Made by a program: the position numbers and the translations under genes
The notes under the pieces: generated by a model
The model's database searches: none
Told to the model about the DNA's origin: nothing
What the model saw: only the letters and a program-made list of their open reading frames with translations
NCBI GenBank assembly: GCA_964016885.1
Contig: OZ024741.1
Location: 277,698,001-277,762,000, forward strand
Length of the DNA: 64,000 nucleotides
DNA from: Eledone cirrhosa
Taxonomy: Eukaryota
Direction: 5' to 3'
In this document: piece by piece, positions 27,338-40,059 of the stretch
Layout of the letters: the number at the start of each line of letters is the position of its first letter
Numbering within the stretch: position 1 is the stretch's first letter

Positions 27338-30300
27338 CTACAGGCTGAGGTAGAGAGAAGGCCCATTCACACGGGCCATTCTCGCAACTTTCACCCACCT
27401 TTCATAAAACTGGCTGGAGTGGAGCACCTCTCTCTCCATCCTGATCCTTCTTCCGAAATGGTATCGGAAGAAAAGGACCAGTTGTTGGCCGGAAAGAAAG
27501 GTGTCCGACCTCAGCCCTTTTAGACGCGTCCACCATATAGCCTCTTTTACCATGGCTATTACACAGAGGAAGACCGCCTCTCCTTCATTTTTGAAGGGAG
27601 GAGGCGGCTTGATCGTTACAATGGACTCGGTGGTCAACCTAATTGGTCCCACCCGTGACAGCAGTTGTTCGACATAGCCCCACAGATCGGTAACGCCCGG
27701 GCAGTGTACCAATGCGTGCGCGACGGTTTCCTCGTCGCGCACGCATCTGGGACAGATCTTTTTCGAGGGCGCCCGTGTCTGTAGAGCTTATCCCGAACGG
27801 GCAGAGCCCCTCGGTAGCACTGCCAGGCCAAGGACTTCTGGAAGTTGTCCATAGGTCCCGGGCCGAAAGTCCTACCGAATAGGCTGGCCAGTTCGTCCTC
27901 CTCCATGCATAGGGTTTCTCCGTGGGCGTCGTCGCACCTGCTAACCACCAGCCCTCTAGAATGACGAGGTGGAGTCTCCACCGATAGCCGGGTCCGCCTA
28001 CCAGAGAGCCGTGAGCGCCTGGGCACACTCGGTGTGCCAGTCGCCCAGTTTTCTCGGTCTTTGCTTCACCCAGGACTGCAGCTCGGTGAGCGAGACGAGC
28101 CTCGGGAAGGCTCGCCTCACAAACGGGGCCCACACCGGTTGACTGGTGAGGAATACCTGGAGGTGCCGTAGCCTCAATGCGTGTTTACGCATTTTCAGCC
28201 ACGGCATCCCCAGTCTCCTTTCAAAGGGTGTTGACAGCAGATGGATCTCCTCACCAGGGGAGACCCCTTCTTCCAAAGGAAGTGAAAGAGAGCGCGCTCC
28301 ATTTTGGCGAGGATCTCACCCGGGCAAGGCACGACAGTCAAGCGGTAATAGATGACGGACGCTATGTAAGCGTTCGCCACCTCTGCCCGACCTTTCAGTG
28401 ATAGTTTGCACTCGGCCCAATTCTGGGTCAGTGCAAACATCCTATTCGTCACCTCACCCCAGGTTTTCTCCACCTGGAGGTCCGGTCCGAACCAGACCCC
28501 AAGCAACTTCACCGGGCCCTCCGTCCACCGTCCGACGATGCCATCGGACGACATCGCTTTGCCCCTCCACTCGCCGAGTTGCAAAGCGACTGACTTGTCC
28601 CGGTTCAGCTTAGCCCCTGTCAACCTTTCGTACTCCTCCAGTACGGTGCCGATTGCCTCGATTTTCGCGGGGATCGACACCATTACTGTTACGTCATCGG
28701 CGTAGGCCGACACCGCTTTGCGCAATCCCGGTTCCAAAGGGATGTCCTGCAACAACTCCAACTTCCGCAGTAGTGGCTCGAGAGCCAATTTATACAGAAG
28801 GGAGGAGAGAGGGCACCCCTGTCGGATGGAGCGGGTGATTTCGAACGGCTCCGAGAGGTAGCCATTCACCTTGACTCTAGATCAGATGCGGCTGCTGTGC
28901 ATGGCAGTGATCCAGCCCCTGAAAACGGGTCCGAAACCAGCCACCGCTAGCACCGCATCTAGGTAACCATGGTCCACCCTATCGAACGCTTTAGACTGAT
29001 CTAAATTTATCAGGGCCCCACCAAAGCCGAGTTCGTTCCCACCCCTCTCTATGATGTATCGCATGAGGTGGAGGTTGTCGTGGATGGACCTGGGCGGATA
29101 GCGCATGTCTGCGCATCTCCCACCAGGCCCCCCACGACAAGCGCCAACCTCTTCGCTAACACCTTCGCCAAAATCTTTAACTCTGCATTTAGCAGAGTTA
29201 TGGGCCTAAAATTACTAATGTCATCCCCCTTGTTCTCGTCCTTCCTCACTAGCGTGACTACGCCCTTGGTCACAGAACAGGGAATTCTCCCGTTCTGTTT
29301 CCAGTTGCAGTAGACCGCCTCGAGGAGATCGGAGAACAAGTCCGGGCATATTAATATATAGTTCGTAGGGCAGACCATCGAGCCCTGGAGATTTGCGTTT
29401 GCCGCATAGGCTCAGCACGTCCTCTATTTCAGCAGCTGAGATCGGCCCGTCGCAGGACCTCGCCTCCTTGTCCGAAAGACGCGGCAGGCCGTCGAGCTAT
29501 GGACCGAAATCCACATCTCCAACCGGCCCCCCGCCCCTCCCGAACAATCGGGCAAAATGCCTTTGAAAGGCCTCGCACATTTGCTTAGGTTCAAGGATCA
29601 CCCGTCCATCCTGGTCTCGCAAAGACCGGATAGTGGATCTAATCCCACTTTTGGCTTCTGTCACGCGGGCCCAGCTAACAGCTTTGGTCCCCTCGTTTCC
29701 CAGAGCACGTATTTTGCTTCGGACAACGCAGCCTTCGTGTTTCGCGTCGAAGAACTGGCTCAAGGCCGTTCTCGACACTTGCACTCTGGCCACGTTGCCG
29801 CTTCTCATTGCCTCTTCAACATTAACTACCAACTCCCTTTCCTTCCTATTTCTATCTGAGGCTAACTCCTTACTAACTCCTGTTGAAACTACTCTAATCT
29901 CTCTTTTTAGAGAGCCCCACCACCTGCTGTTGACGATGGCGCCCGTCAACCGCTCCTTAACTAAGGTTCTAATCCGGTCCCTGTAAGCTCTACTTGCCGG
30001 TAAGGACAAGTTGAGGTACGATCTAGATTGACCGCTATGATTTGTCCAAGTCCAGGTTGGCACAGTCGGAAAATCTAGTCGATATCTATCGGCCAGGTCA
30101 AATCGGCCGATTAACCCCTTGAGGCTGTTACACCCCCCTCTATCGGGACATGCCCCTACATAGTCCCAACGTGCATCTAGGATACCATTCCAGTCCCCCA
30201 CTAAAAGCAAGGAGCTAGAAAAGTCTCCAGACGATGGAAGAAGTCCGACCGCATTGCCCCAAAAGGGGCGTAAACGGCGACAAGACTAAAAGCTTCGCCT

Positions 30301-30601
30301 TCACCACTGCCAAGGTCTAGAACCACGAGTCGACCCTCCGGGTCCAAGTGTACCGTCTGTGTAGCGAGACCCAGATGTTTTTGCATCTCTCTGTCACCCC
30401 ACCCTCACCTCCGGGCTTACAGAGAGATACGTGCGTCTCAAAGTCATCAAAGCGACATAGTTGTCGCACGCTGCTGATCCGGGCCTCGCAAATAACCATC
30501 ACATTTATACATCGTGACCTGAGGTCATTTAGAAGTTTAGCTTGCTTGCAAGGTGAGCCCGGGCCACGCGCATTTAGACAACCTACTCTTAACACAGCCA
30601 T
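27338..30601 (-). pseudogene. LINE A ORF2 (APE endonuclease-RT-zinc finger), multiply frameshifted
   Basis: LNARG, VICEAR, GDWN, NFRPITLLNAELKILAK, LDQSKAFDRVDH, RQGCPLS, YADD and ETVAHALVHC in successive frames. Confidence 0.92.
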
Positions 30602-30639
30602 GTTGGTGGTAAAGAAAGAGGCACTTACCTCTCTGCGTC

Positions 30640-32434
30640 CCGGGGTCCGGGCTGCTTAGTTTCCATGGGGGTGGTGGAGGGGTTGTGGGGGGGGGGGGGG
30701 GGGGTATATTAGTGTGTGGAGGGGTTGGGGTGTTTGGAATTGTGTGGGTGTTTGAGGAGGGGAGAGGAAAACCTTTCAGGAGGACGCGGTTGAGTGGCCT
30801 GGTGCAGGGTGGCCCCACGTCCTCAGGGTAAATGTTTTTCAATGTTTTGAAAATGTCAAGTGGGACTTTCACCATTTTCAGGTTAGGGAGTCCCATTGCC
30901 ATTGCAAAATTCGGCCCTTCGGTTTGTACCGAAGGGTTGTTGTTTATTTTTTCTGTTAAGTTTTTATTGTTTTTGTTTATGTATGTGTAGAGTTTTTGTG
31001 TTGTTGTGTTTGTTTTTGCTTGTTGTTCTGAGTGAGCTTGCGTTTTGTTGTCTGTGTTGTGTTGTCAGGTGGGGTTATTTTTGTTTGTGTGGTGTGTGTA
31101 CGTTTTTTCCTTTTGACTTTTTGGAAGGGAGCCCCCTCGTCTTCCGAGGATATGAGCTCCTCTTCCGTATTGGAGGGGAGGGGTATATTGCCAGGTTGTG
31201 TTTGCACTGCGTGTGTTTTTGTATTTGTGTTCTGTGGGGAGGGGCTGGGTGGGACCGTGTTTTGGATTGTTTTCTTGAGCTGTTGTTGTTGTTGTTGTTG
31301 TGGTGGTGGTGGTGGTGGTGCTGGAGGTGGTGTTGTTGGTTTTTGTTGTCGTTGTGGTGGTGGTGGTGATGGTGGTGTATTTTGTTGTTTTTGTGGTGGT
31401 GGTGCTGGTTGTTTTTGTTGTTGTTGTGGTGTTTGTAGCAGTGGTTTTTTTGTTGTTAGTAGAGAGCAGGCAGTCTTCAGGTGACCTCTGCCAGCGCAGT
31501 GGTAACATGAGGGCCTCCTGCCTTCCACCGTAATATTAATAAAGGTTCGACCATCCAGTAGTACTCGGTCGGGTATTCCGGCGATTCTCTCAGGTGTCAT
31601 CTGTATGAGAACCTCCAGACTTTTCCCCCCGAACAGTCCACTGGTGGACTCACCTGCTGATATTAGGATGTCCTTTTCTAGGTCCGTGAATCCTGTCAGG
31701 ACGGACCAGATGTTTACTTCTGGCGTTGAGCTCCACATTCTTAGTCTTTATGTTCTTCTTCCTTTATATGTGGGGAAGAAGGTGTATTGTGGTGACACTA
31801 TAGGTGCCACCGAGCATTTTTGAGCCAGCATTTCGTCCTTCATTCGGACCATAATGCTGGCATACAGCTTTGTTCTTTCAATAAAGAGTATGTATTTTTT
31901 TATGTCTTTCAGAACTAGCTCAATTTGACTTTCTGTCAATTGAGCTGGCTTTCTTGTTGCGTTGGATATAGTCCTGAAGGTTATGGTATTCCTATATACC
32001 TGCTGACGAACTTCTTCTGGGGAGTTGATCGTAAAAGAACCATCCTCCCCAAAAGATACGTATTTTCTGGCATTTAGCAAGTTCTGCTTAGCGTTAGTAA
32101 TGTCTATGGGCTTATATTCGATCGCTTTTCTGACCGTTTGGGCAAAAGAAACTTTGCTGTCTTTGTTGTTTTCGCTTCGTTCATTGTTGCTTGTTGCTGC
32201 AATGTTGTTGTTGGTTCCATCTTTTGTGGTATTTTTTTCCCTGTTATTTTTTTCAAAATTTGGGTTTTCACTCAAATTAACAGTCTTTTTTCCATTCGAG
32301 AGGAGGGGTTGTTCAACCGTTTGAATTGTTGTTCCCTCTTTCTCGCTTTTTTTGGTGGGCGTGGCGTTAGCTTGTAATATGGCTTCCTCGTTTTTAACGA
32401 TATCGATAAACATTTTTAAATTAAAGATTTTCAC
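30640..32434 (-). pseudogene. LINE A ORF1 (gag-like, CX2CX4HX4C knuckle), with stop and frameshift
   Basis: Pieces 31748..32434, 30977..31738 (EGRRPSCYHCAGRGHLKTAC) and 30537..30902. Confidence 0.8.
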
Positions 32435-33134
32435 CCCAAAAGGGGCGAAAATATATTTACCCTACGTCTACAGTCCCAGACGAGGGGTTAGAGTCAACAG
32501 TAGTAACACAATTTAAATAATACACTCACAAATAACCAAGTAATGATTCAAAATCGAAGAGTCGATGTGAAAGACGTCTACAATCAACGACAGACAGACA
32601 GACAGACACAGACAAGCACAGATAGACAAACACAGGCAGGCAGACAGACAGACACAAACAGACAGACACAGACACACAGACAGACACGTAATAATTTTCC
32701 AAAAGAAAGCCATCCGATTAACTGATAATTACTCAATCCTCAACAACTTGGAAATATAACGAACTTCTTCGTTATTTATTTGGTGTTTGGAACATAACTT
32801 AATAAAGGTTCTTACATAAAATTATCATAGAAGGTTTTCAGATAAATATAAACACTTTAAAACAGCGTTGTATTGAAGAACCAAGTGTGGTTTCGAGAGT
32901 TTGGTATCAAAACAATTAAAGTGACTTTAAAATTAATGCTCTGCAACCAATTCTGTCCTCAACAACAAGAACTTTAACTTTCGAAGAATATTTCGTCGCT
33001 GAGAACTTTTAGTGTGCATTGAGCTGCTCTCACCTTACCAAAAGTAATAGTGGAATACTCCATTATAATCATATATATGTGTGTGTGTGTGCGCGCGTGT
33101 GTGTATGTATGGGTATTATTATTATTATTGGGTT

Positions 33135-33325
33135 GGCAGTATTGGTAGAGGGTCGGACGCCATGCTTTCCACCATAGTTACGTCCCTTTACGGTCTGAGT
33201 TTAAATCCCGCCGAAGTTAACTTTGCCTTTTATCCTTACTGGGTCGATAAAATAAAGTACCAGTAATGTACTGGGTAATTGCTGGCCTTGTGCCTAACGT
33301 AGAAACAATTATTATTATTATTATT
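33135..33325 (+). mobile_element. tRNA-derived SINE with (ATT)n tail
   Basis: tggcagtattggtag..gagtttaaatcccgccgaagttaactttgcctttt..gggtcgataaaataaagtaccagt..ggccttgtgcc. Confidence 0.85.
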
Positions 33326-33787
33326 GGCGACCTACGTAGGAAATCGTATCATCGTGAGCTCCGCAAAGGTTTGTTGTTTTCAGTTGTTTCAAATTGCCAT
33401 TTATGGATAATTTTTGTTGTTAAGTGTTTATAAGGTCACATAATTTGCTTTCGGAAAGGGACAGTCAAAAAGATTGGGGCCTTGAGCCCAAAATTTAAAC
33501 TTTTATAATTATCAAACAAAAAATTTCTTTGAAAAAATCTTGGACGACTCACATCTACACCAAGCAGCTGAGAGCCTTCCTCACAAACTAACACCTCACA
33601 CCAACACCACCATTGTAAATATTACTACGTTTGCCAACACTTAAAATATAAGCAGTAGCAATAATTTAAATTTGTCTCATGCAGACATTCATTTCCCGCC
33701 ATTACCAATAACTGCAGGTGTTGAAGCCGCCACCCCCACCACCACCACAGAAACAAAAGAAAAAAATGAATTATCTCGTGACATGAA

Positions 33788-34700
33788 ATGGATTCACCCA
33801 GAATCGACTCTTCCACACCGAACACCACTGACGCCACCACCACCACAACTAAAACTAAAAATAACAATAACAAAAATAACGATAACAACAACAGCAACAA
33901 CAACAATGAAAATAACAACAAAACCACTGTGTCCTTTGCCAAAGCAGCCAAAAAATGCGAAGCAATCCAGGTAATTCAGGAGGAATTAGATGAAGCCAAG
34001 AGAATGGTAAAGAAAGATGGGTACAGGGTCAACACCACCACCCAACGCGCCAAAACTAGCACCAGCGCCTACACCATCTACCACCCCACAACTAAAACCA
34101 ACGCCCGTGGAGGATTTTCCACTCCCCGACCTATCGCAACTGGAGACAGATTGTGACGACGAGGAGTGGGAAACGGTATCAGGAAAAAAGAAAAAAAGAA
34201 ACCAAAAAAGAAAAAATTCTCTTCCCTCCCCCTCCAAAAACAAAATACAGAGGGAAACAAATAAACTATCAAACAAAAAAGTTAGGACAGATATTCCACC
34301 ATTTACACCAGCATCACCAACCCCATCACCACAAACACCAACACGATCACCATCATTAACCCCAACACCACCATCACCAACACCACAAAAGTCACCAAAA
34401 AGCGAAACGGAAACAAACCCACAACAAACGCAAACAAAACAAAACAACCAAAACGATACACACTACACAACATTAAATTTGAACAACAACCAATTATTAC
34501 ACTACATCCAACACAACACCAGTATCACAGAAAAATACTACACAACAACCCAAAAGTTCACACCACCTCCACACATACAAATCACTCGCATCACACAGAA
34601 AACGTACACGACACTAAAACAAAAATTCCCCAAAGACATCGGAGACTTCCGACAAGCACTCTCCAGGAGGATGGATTTATAAGGACATCCTTACGGAGGA
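33788..34700 (+). pseudogene. LINE B ORF1 remnant (central domain and zinc knuckle apparently deleted)
   Basis: N-terminal VSFAKAAKK (copy A: VSFAQTVRK) joins out of frame near 34030 to a Pro/Thr-rich part; C-terminal TLKQKFPKDIG matches copy A TLKNIYPEDVG. Confidence 0.65.
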
Positions 34701-34792
34701 GGCCACAAGCAGTGAAAAGGATGGACAAACCATCCTTCCTCTACGAGAAGTAAGGTAAGTGGTCTTTCCCATCTTTTCCACTCCATTTCAAC

Positions 34793-37700
34793 ATGACCTC
34801 ACTCAGAATAAGCAGCATAAATGCGCGTGGCTTGGGGTCGTCATGGAAGCAGGGCCACCTGCTCAACGACCTCAGGTCACTAAACATAGATGTAGTGGCC
34901 ATCAGCGAGACCAGAATCTCCGAAGCACGGGCCTTCACACCGATCTTCGGCGGCTACGATGTGTACGCATCTCACAGCCGTCCTGGATCGGGGGGAGGAG
35001 TTGCTGTGCTTTTTCGGAGAGGTCTGGATCTCGCCATACGGGCCATCTTCCTGGACCCAGAAGGTAAGTTGGTGGTGCTGGACGTGACCAGCGGAGACGG
35101 GCAAGCTTTCAGGCTAGTGGCCGTCTATGCCCCGACAGGAGCAGGGCGGCCTGATTTCTTCCGGTGTCTGGAGACCTTTCTTGGAACGTCCCGCTCTTTA
35201 GTGTTAGTGGGCGACTGGAACGGGATCTTAGATGCACGCTGGGACTGTGTGGGATTAGCGGATAGGGGTGGAGGGTGCAAGAGCCTCACCAACCTGCTCA
35301 GGCGTTTTGAACTGTCTGACAGGTACCGATTGGATTTCCCGAATGTGCCAATGTGGACTTGGACAAATCGCATAGGGTCATCCAGATCATATCTAGATAG
35401 AGTATTTTGTAGGGAAATAGATAGGTCTAGCATAGGCTGTCCACAATTCAAGATAGTCAGCTACACGGACCACAAATTCGTGATCTGTGTGCTTGACTTA
35501 GATAGGCTTCATAGACGAGGACCCGGCTACTGGAAGCTAAACGCGTCCTTACCAGCGCGCAAAGCCTACAGAGACCGGATTAGCGAACTAGTTAAGCGGG
35601 CGTTGACGGGGGCCATCGTCAACAACAAGTGGTGGTTTGCTCTGAAAAGAGCGATTAGAATAGAATCGATTAGGTTTAGTAAGGCTTTAGCAATAGAGAA
35701 AAATAGAGCAGAGGGAGAACTAGTTAGAAAATTAGACGAGGCGCTTAGCAAAGGCATTGCGACCGACGTGCTTGCGGCGAAATTGGCCCTTGACTAATTC
35801 TTCAATGCAAAGCACGAAGGCTGCGTTGTCAGAGCAAGGGTGCGTGCTCTCAGACACGAGGGGACGAAAGCCGTTCAATGGGCCCGAGTGGCGGAGGCGC
35901 GTCGTGGCAACAGAGCCACGATCCGGTCTTTGGTGGACCACTACGGGCGCATGCTACTCGATCCCGGGCAAATGTGTGAAGCTTTTCAGCGACACTTCGC
36001 TCAGCTGTTCGGGGGCAGCGGTGGGCCGGGTCGAGGGATGGACTTTAGTGTCTACCTCGACGGACTGCCGCGGCTCTCGGCCACTGAGGCGAAGTGTTGC
36101 GAAAAGCCGATAACAGCCGCTGAAGTAAGGGAGGCAATGACTGGCTGCACAAGGGGTAAATCGCCTAGTTTGGATGGTCTACCCTATGAACTTTACGTAC
36201 AGATGCCAGACTTGTTCGGAGGCCTCTTGGAGGACGTCTACTGCAACTGGCAACAGAACGGGAGAATTCCCAGTTCTGTGAGCCGAGGAGCGGTGGCACT
36301 GCTGAGAAAGGATCCGAACAAGGGGGATAACATAGATAATTTCCGGCCCATAACTCTGCTAAACACAGAGTTCAAGATTTTGGCCAAGGTGCTAGCAAAG
36401 AGGTTGGCGCTTGTCGTTGGTGGTCTGGTGGGAGAGGCGCAGACATGCGCCATTCCCGACAGATCCATCCACGACAACCTCCACCTCATGCGATACATCG
36501 TAGAGAGGGTAGCTAGGGAACCTGGCACGGGTGGGTCCTTGATCAATTTAGATCAGTCGAAAGCTTTCGATAGGGTCGACCATCGTTACCTAGCGGCAGT
36601 CCTGAGGGCGGCTGGCTTTGGGCCCGTCTTCAGAGGCTGGATCGCTGCCATGCACAGCGACATCTGCTCAGTGGTGAGAGTGAACGGTCACCTGTCGGAA
36701 CCGTTCAACATCATACGCTCGGTCCGCCAAGGATGTCCCCTCTCGTCCCTCTTGTACGTATTGACTCTCGAGCCATTACTGCACAAACTGGAGACGTTGA
36801 GGGGCATCCCGCGCGAACTAGGATGCGGAAGATCCGTGTCAGCATATGCGGACGATGTCACCGTAGTGGTGTCGAACGCCAAACACATCGAGGCGATCGG
36901 CACTACACTAAGAGAATACGAAGTGGTGACAGGAGCAATGATCAACCAGGAAAAGTCAGAGGCAGGTCCATGCCGTCCAACAGCGTCGTCGGACGCTGGA
37001 CGGACGGACCGGTTAAATTGCTAGGGGTCTGGTTCGGTTCGGACCTCCAGACGGACAAAAACTGGGACGAGGTGACGAGCAGGGTGGCTTCTCTCACCCA
37101 GAAATGGACGGAGAGGAAGCTATCCCTGAAAGGTCGAGCAGAGGTGGCTAACGCGTACATCGCGTCTGTCATCTGCTACCGCCTGACCGTCGTACCTTGT
37201 CCTAAGCCTCGCCTGACTGCGCTGGAGCGTTTGCTCTTTCGCTTTTTGTGGAAGGGACGCGCTCCGATGGTCAGGCGGTCCATCTGTTGTCAACACCCGC
37301 TACGTGGAGGGCTGGGCATGCCGTGGCTGATGATGCGCAGGCACGCGCTCAGGCTACGACATCTCCACCTCTTCCTCGACGGTGATCAGGTGTGGTCGCC
37401 GTTTGCTAGACACGTATTTCCCCAGCTCGTTTCCTTGACGGAGCTGCAGTCCTGGGTCAAGCGAAGACCGAGAGGGAGCGCCTGGAGACTGGAATGTCTT
37501 CAGGCGCTCACAGCCCTCGACCAATCGGGCAATGTGATCGGTGGAAACTCCACCTCGGCGTTCTATAGAGGATTAGTGGAGGGGAAGAGCGACGACGTAC
37601 TTGGGGAAACTCTAGGCGTCGACGAAAATCAACTAGCCAATCTCTTCGGAAGAACTTTCGGGCCAGGGCCTATGGACAACTTCCAGAAATCTCTGGCCTG

Positions 37701-38187
37701 GCAGTGCTACCGAGGAGCCTTGCCAGTTCGGGATAAACTCTACAGGCATGGAGGTGCCGTCAGCCGGGCATGTCCGAGATGCGCGCAGGGCGACGAAACC
37801 GTCCTGCACGCACTCGTCCAGTGTCCGAAAATTGCTGACTTGTGGGTTTATGTCGAACACCTGCTGTCGCGTTTAGGACGGATCCGGCTATCATCTGAGT
37901 CCATCGTGAGGATTGCCCCGCCCTCCTCCTTTAGCCGGGAAGGGCAGGCAGTTTTTATCTGCCTGGTGGCCATGGCGAAAGAGATAGTATGGTGGACACG
38001 TTTGAAAGGGCTGAAGACGAGCACTTACCTCTTCGGTGATGCTCTGATTGACTTTTTCAAATTTCATTTGAAAAGGAAAATCAGAGTAGAGAGGGAAGTG
38101 CTCTCTTCCCAGCATTTTGTTAAAAGATGGGTGAGAGAAGCAAGAATGGCCCGAGTGAATGGGCCTACTCTGAGTATATATCTGTAA
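34793..38187 (+). pseudogene. LINE B ORF2 (APE endonuclease-RT-CCHC), one nonsense codon and one frameshift
   Basis: INARG, ISETR, GDWN, YLDRVF, TDH; TAA at 35795-35797 where copy A has Gln; RT motifs QGCPLS and YADD; frameshifting deletion near 36958; CPRC..ETVLHALVQC. Confidence 0.95.
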
Positions 38188-38446
38188 ATTAAAGGTGGAA
38201 AACTGGGAGAGGGCACTTGCCTTGGTGGTCAGGGTCATTGTGGCTTTTTACTGGGCTTTCTCCACAAATGTCCCTCCGAAGTCTCCCCCCTATTGGGGAA
38301 TTTTTCATTGTTATTTTCATTGTTATTTTTGTTACATCCTCTGTTTTTGTTTTTTACACGCAGAAATGCCCATTTGTACCGTCCTGCATTGTCCTGCACT
38401 GTCCTTAATGTCTACTTTATGTAAACCCTTGTGGTTAATAAAGAAA

Positions 38447-38486
<40 letters not shown>

Positions 38487-38489
38487 AAG

Positions 38490-38680
38490 GGCGGTATTGG
38501 CAATATCGGTAAAGAGTCGGACACCATGCTTTGCAGCATAGAGTTACAGCACTTTACGTTCTGAGTTCAAATCCTGCCGAGGTTAGCTTTGCCTGTCACC
38601 CTTACGAGGTCGATAAACCACCAGTAATGCACTGGGGTCGATTTAATCGACTTTCCCCTCTCGCCAAATTACTGGCACAA
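38490..38680 (+). mobile_element. tRNA-derived SINE
   Basis: ggcggtattggcaatatcggtaaagagtcgga..gagttcaaatcctgccgaggttagctttgcct. Confidence 0.85.
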
Positions 38681-38726
38681 GGCCAGTAATTTGGGGGTGG
38701 GGGAGTCGATATATATATATGTGTAT

Positions 38727-38778
<52 letters not shown>

Positions 38779-38823
38779 AATCACAGGAGGCCGGACTGGT
38801 GTAATTCCTTAAAGGTTTATTAT

Positions 38824-38880
38824 ATTATGAACATTTCAATGAGGGGGTTCAGTATGAATCCGGTGACATCATCAGGTAAT
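38824..38880 (-). ncRNA. Degenerate hammerhead-like motif (Penelope pLTR remnant)
   Basis: Minus strand attac-CTGATGA-tgtcaccggattcatactgaaccccctcatt-GAAA-tgttc-ataat; the stems are imperfect. Confidence 0.4.
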
Positions 38881-38976
38881 ATATATATATATATATATTA
38901 CTATCTTGCCACCCAGTAGGCGACATGAGTGCAAATAAACACTAGAACCATGGCAAGTGTCTAAACTTTTATTGTC

Positions 38977-39200
38977 CTAGGTTCGCCCTACAGTGTGTGG
39001 CTGGATATTTAGCGAACTAGGATACCCAACAATGTGCACTTGGCTATTTAGCACCTTGGTTAGCCATTCGATGTGCACCTTGCTATTTAGCGCTCTAGGT
39101 GAGCCCCTACAATGCATACCTCGGTATTTACGGCCATAGGTTAGCCATACAATGCGTACCTGGGTATTTACCGCCATATGTTAGTCATACAATGTGCACC
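38977..39200. repeat. Diverged ~39-bp tandem repeat (5-6 units)
   Basis: Recurrent ggttagccatacaatgtgcacctNggtatttagc. Confidence 0.75.
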
Positions 39201-39445
39201 CTCTTCTCCCTGCTAATCACCACGATTCTCTTAAAGAAAGTAATTTCGATTTACAGTCTGATAAGCTGATAGTTTTGACACTCCTGATCACACTAAGAAA
39301 ATTATTACTAAGCATGCATTTTCTACTACACAGTTCACATTCACCCGTGCTAAATGATGTGATAGGTCATAACACCACAGCAACATGGTGCTAAATACCG
39401 AAGCATCGGCCCTGTGACACAGGTATTAATATACTTTCCGGGAAG

Positions 39446-39635
39446 GGCGGTGGATTGGCAGTATCGGTAGAGGGTCGGACGCCATGCTTTGCAGCATAGA
39501 GTTACGGTCCTTTATGATCTGAGTTCAAATCCCGCCGAGTTTAACTTTGCCTTTCATCCTTACTGAGGTCGATTTTAGCGACTTTCCCCTCCCCCCAAAA
39601 TTGCTGGCCTTGTGCCTATATAAGAAACGATTAAT
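39446..39635 (+). mobile_element. tRNA-derived SINE
   Basis: gggcggtggattggcagtatcggtagagggtcggacgcc..gagttcaaatcccgccgag..ggccttgtgcctatataagaaac. Confidence 0.85.
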
Positions 39636-39660
39636 ATACTTTCCGGGAGTAATTAAGATA

Positions 39661-39933
39661 GTGGAGGCGCGTGGCCTAGTGGTAAAGGTGTTGGACTTAC
39701 GATCATAATATCGGGGGATGTCTGTTGTGCTCTTGAGAAAAAACACTTCATTTCACATTACTCCAGTATATTCAACTAAAGATGAGTACCAGCAATATCT
39801 GAGGGTTTAACCCTGCGATGGACTGGTGTTTTTTTCAGCGGGGGGTCTTGTACTCTCAGTCGCTTCTCACCACGAAAACCGGAATAAGCACCGGCCTGAT
39901 GAGCCCCTGGGCTCAAAACAGACTTTAGACTTT
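39661..39933 (+). mobile_element. tRNA-derived SINE with V-domain-like 3' part
   Basis: A-box tggcctagtggtaaag; aaccctgcgatggactgg..aaaccggaataagcaccggcctgatgagcc resembles V-domain SINE bodies (from memory). Confidence 0.65.
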
Positions 39934-40059
39934 TAATTAAGGGAAGCTTTGGGTGATATGTGGAGTAGTATGTCCTTCTTTGACCAAGTTAAGGTGTACG
40001 GTACCGATGACTTCAAGATAGATGTTCAATCGGAACCTCCCACATCGTTATCTTTCCCG

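Larger units (their letters stand above)
27118..32588 (-). mobile_element. Tx1/L1-type LINE (copy A), apparently full length and mutated
   Basis: ORF1 with zinc knuckle, APE endonuclease, RT and C-terminal CCHC; 3' end gtggcaaataaacagaaat abuts (CTGT)n; (GACA)n tracts on both sides. The 5' boundary is approximate. Confidence 0.9.
33326..38448 (+). mobile_element. Tx1/L1-type LINE (copy B), near full length
   Basis: 5' UTR, shortened ORF1, ORF2, and a 3' UTR ending cccttgtggttaataaagaaatc; bounded by (ATT)n on both sides. Confidence 0.92.

Noticed and set aside
27118-38448. The two LINEs as one inverted duplication or one composite element
   Set aside because: They are substantially diverged, have different UTRs and lesions, and each has its own microsatellite flanks.
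39893-39925. ctgatgagcccctgggctcaaaac as a hammerhead
   Set aside because: It has AAAA rather than GAAA, lacks a convincing stem I and III, and is explained as the 3' part of a SINE.
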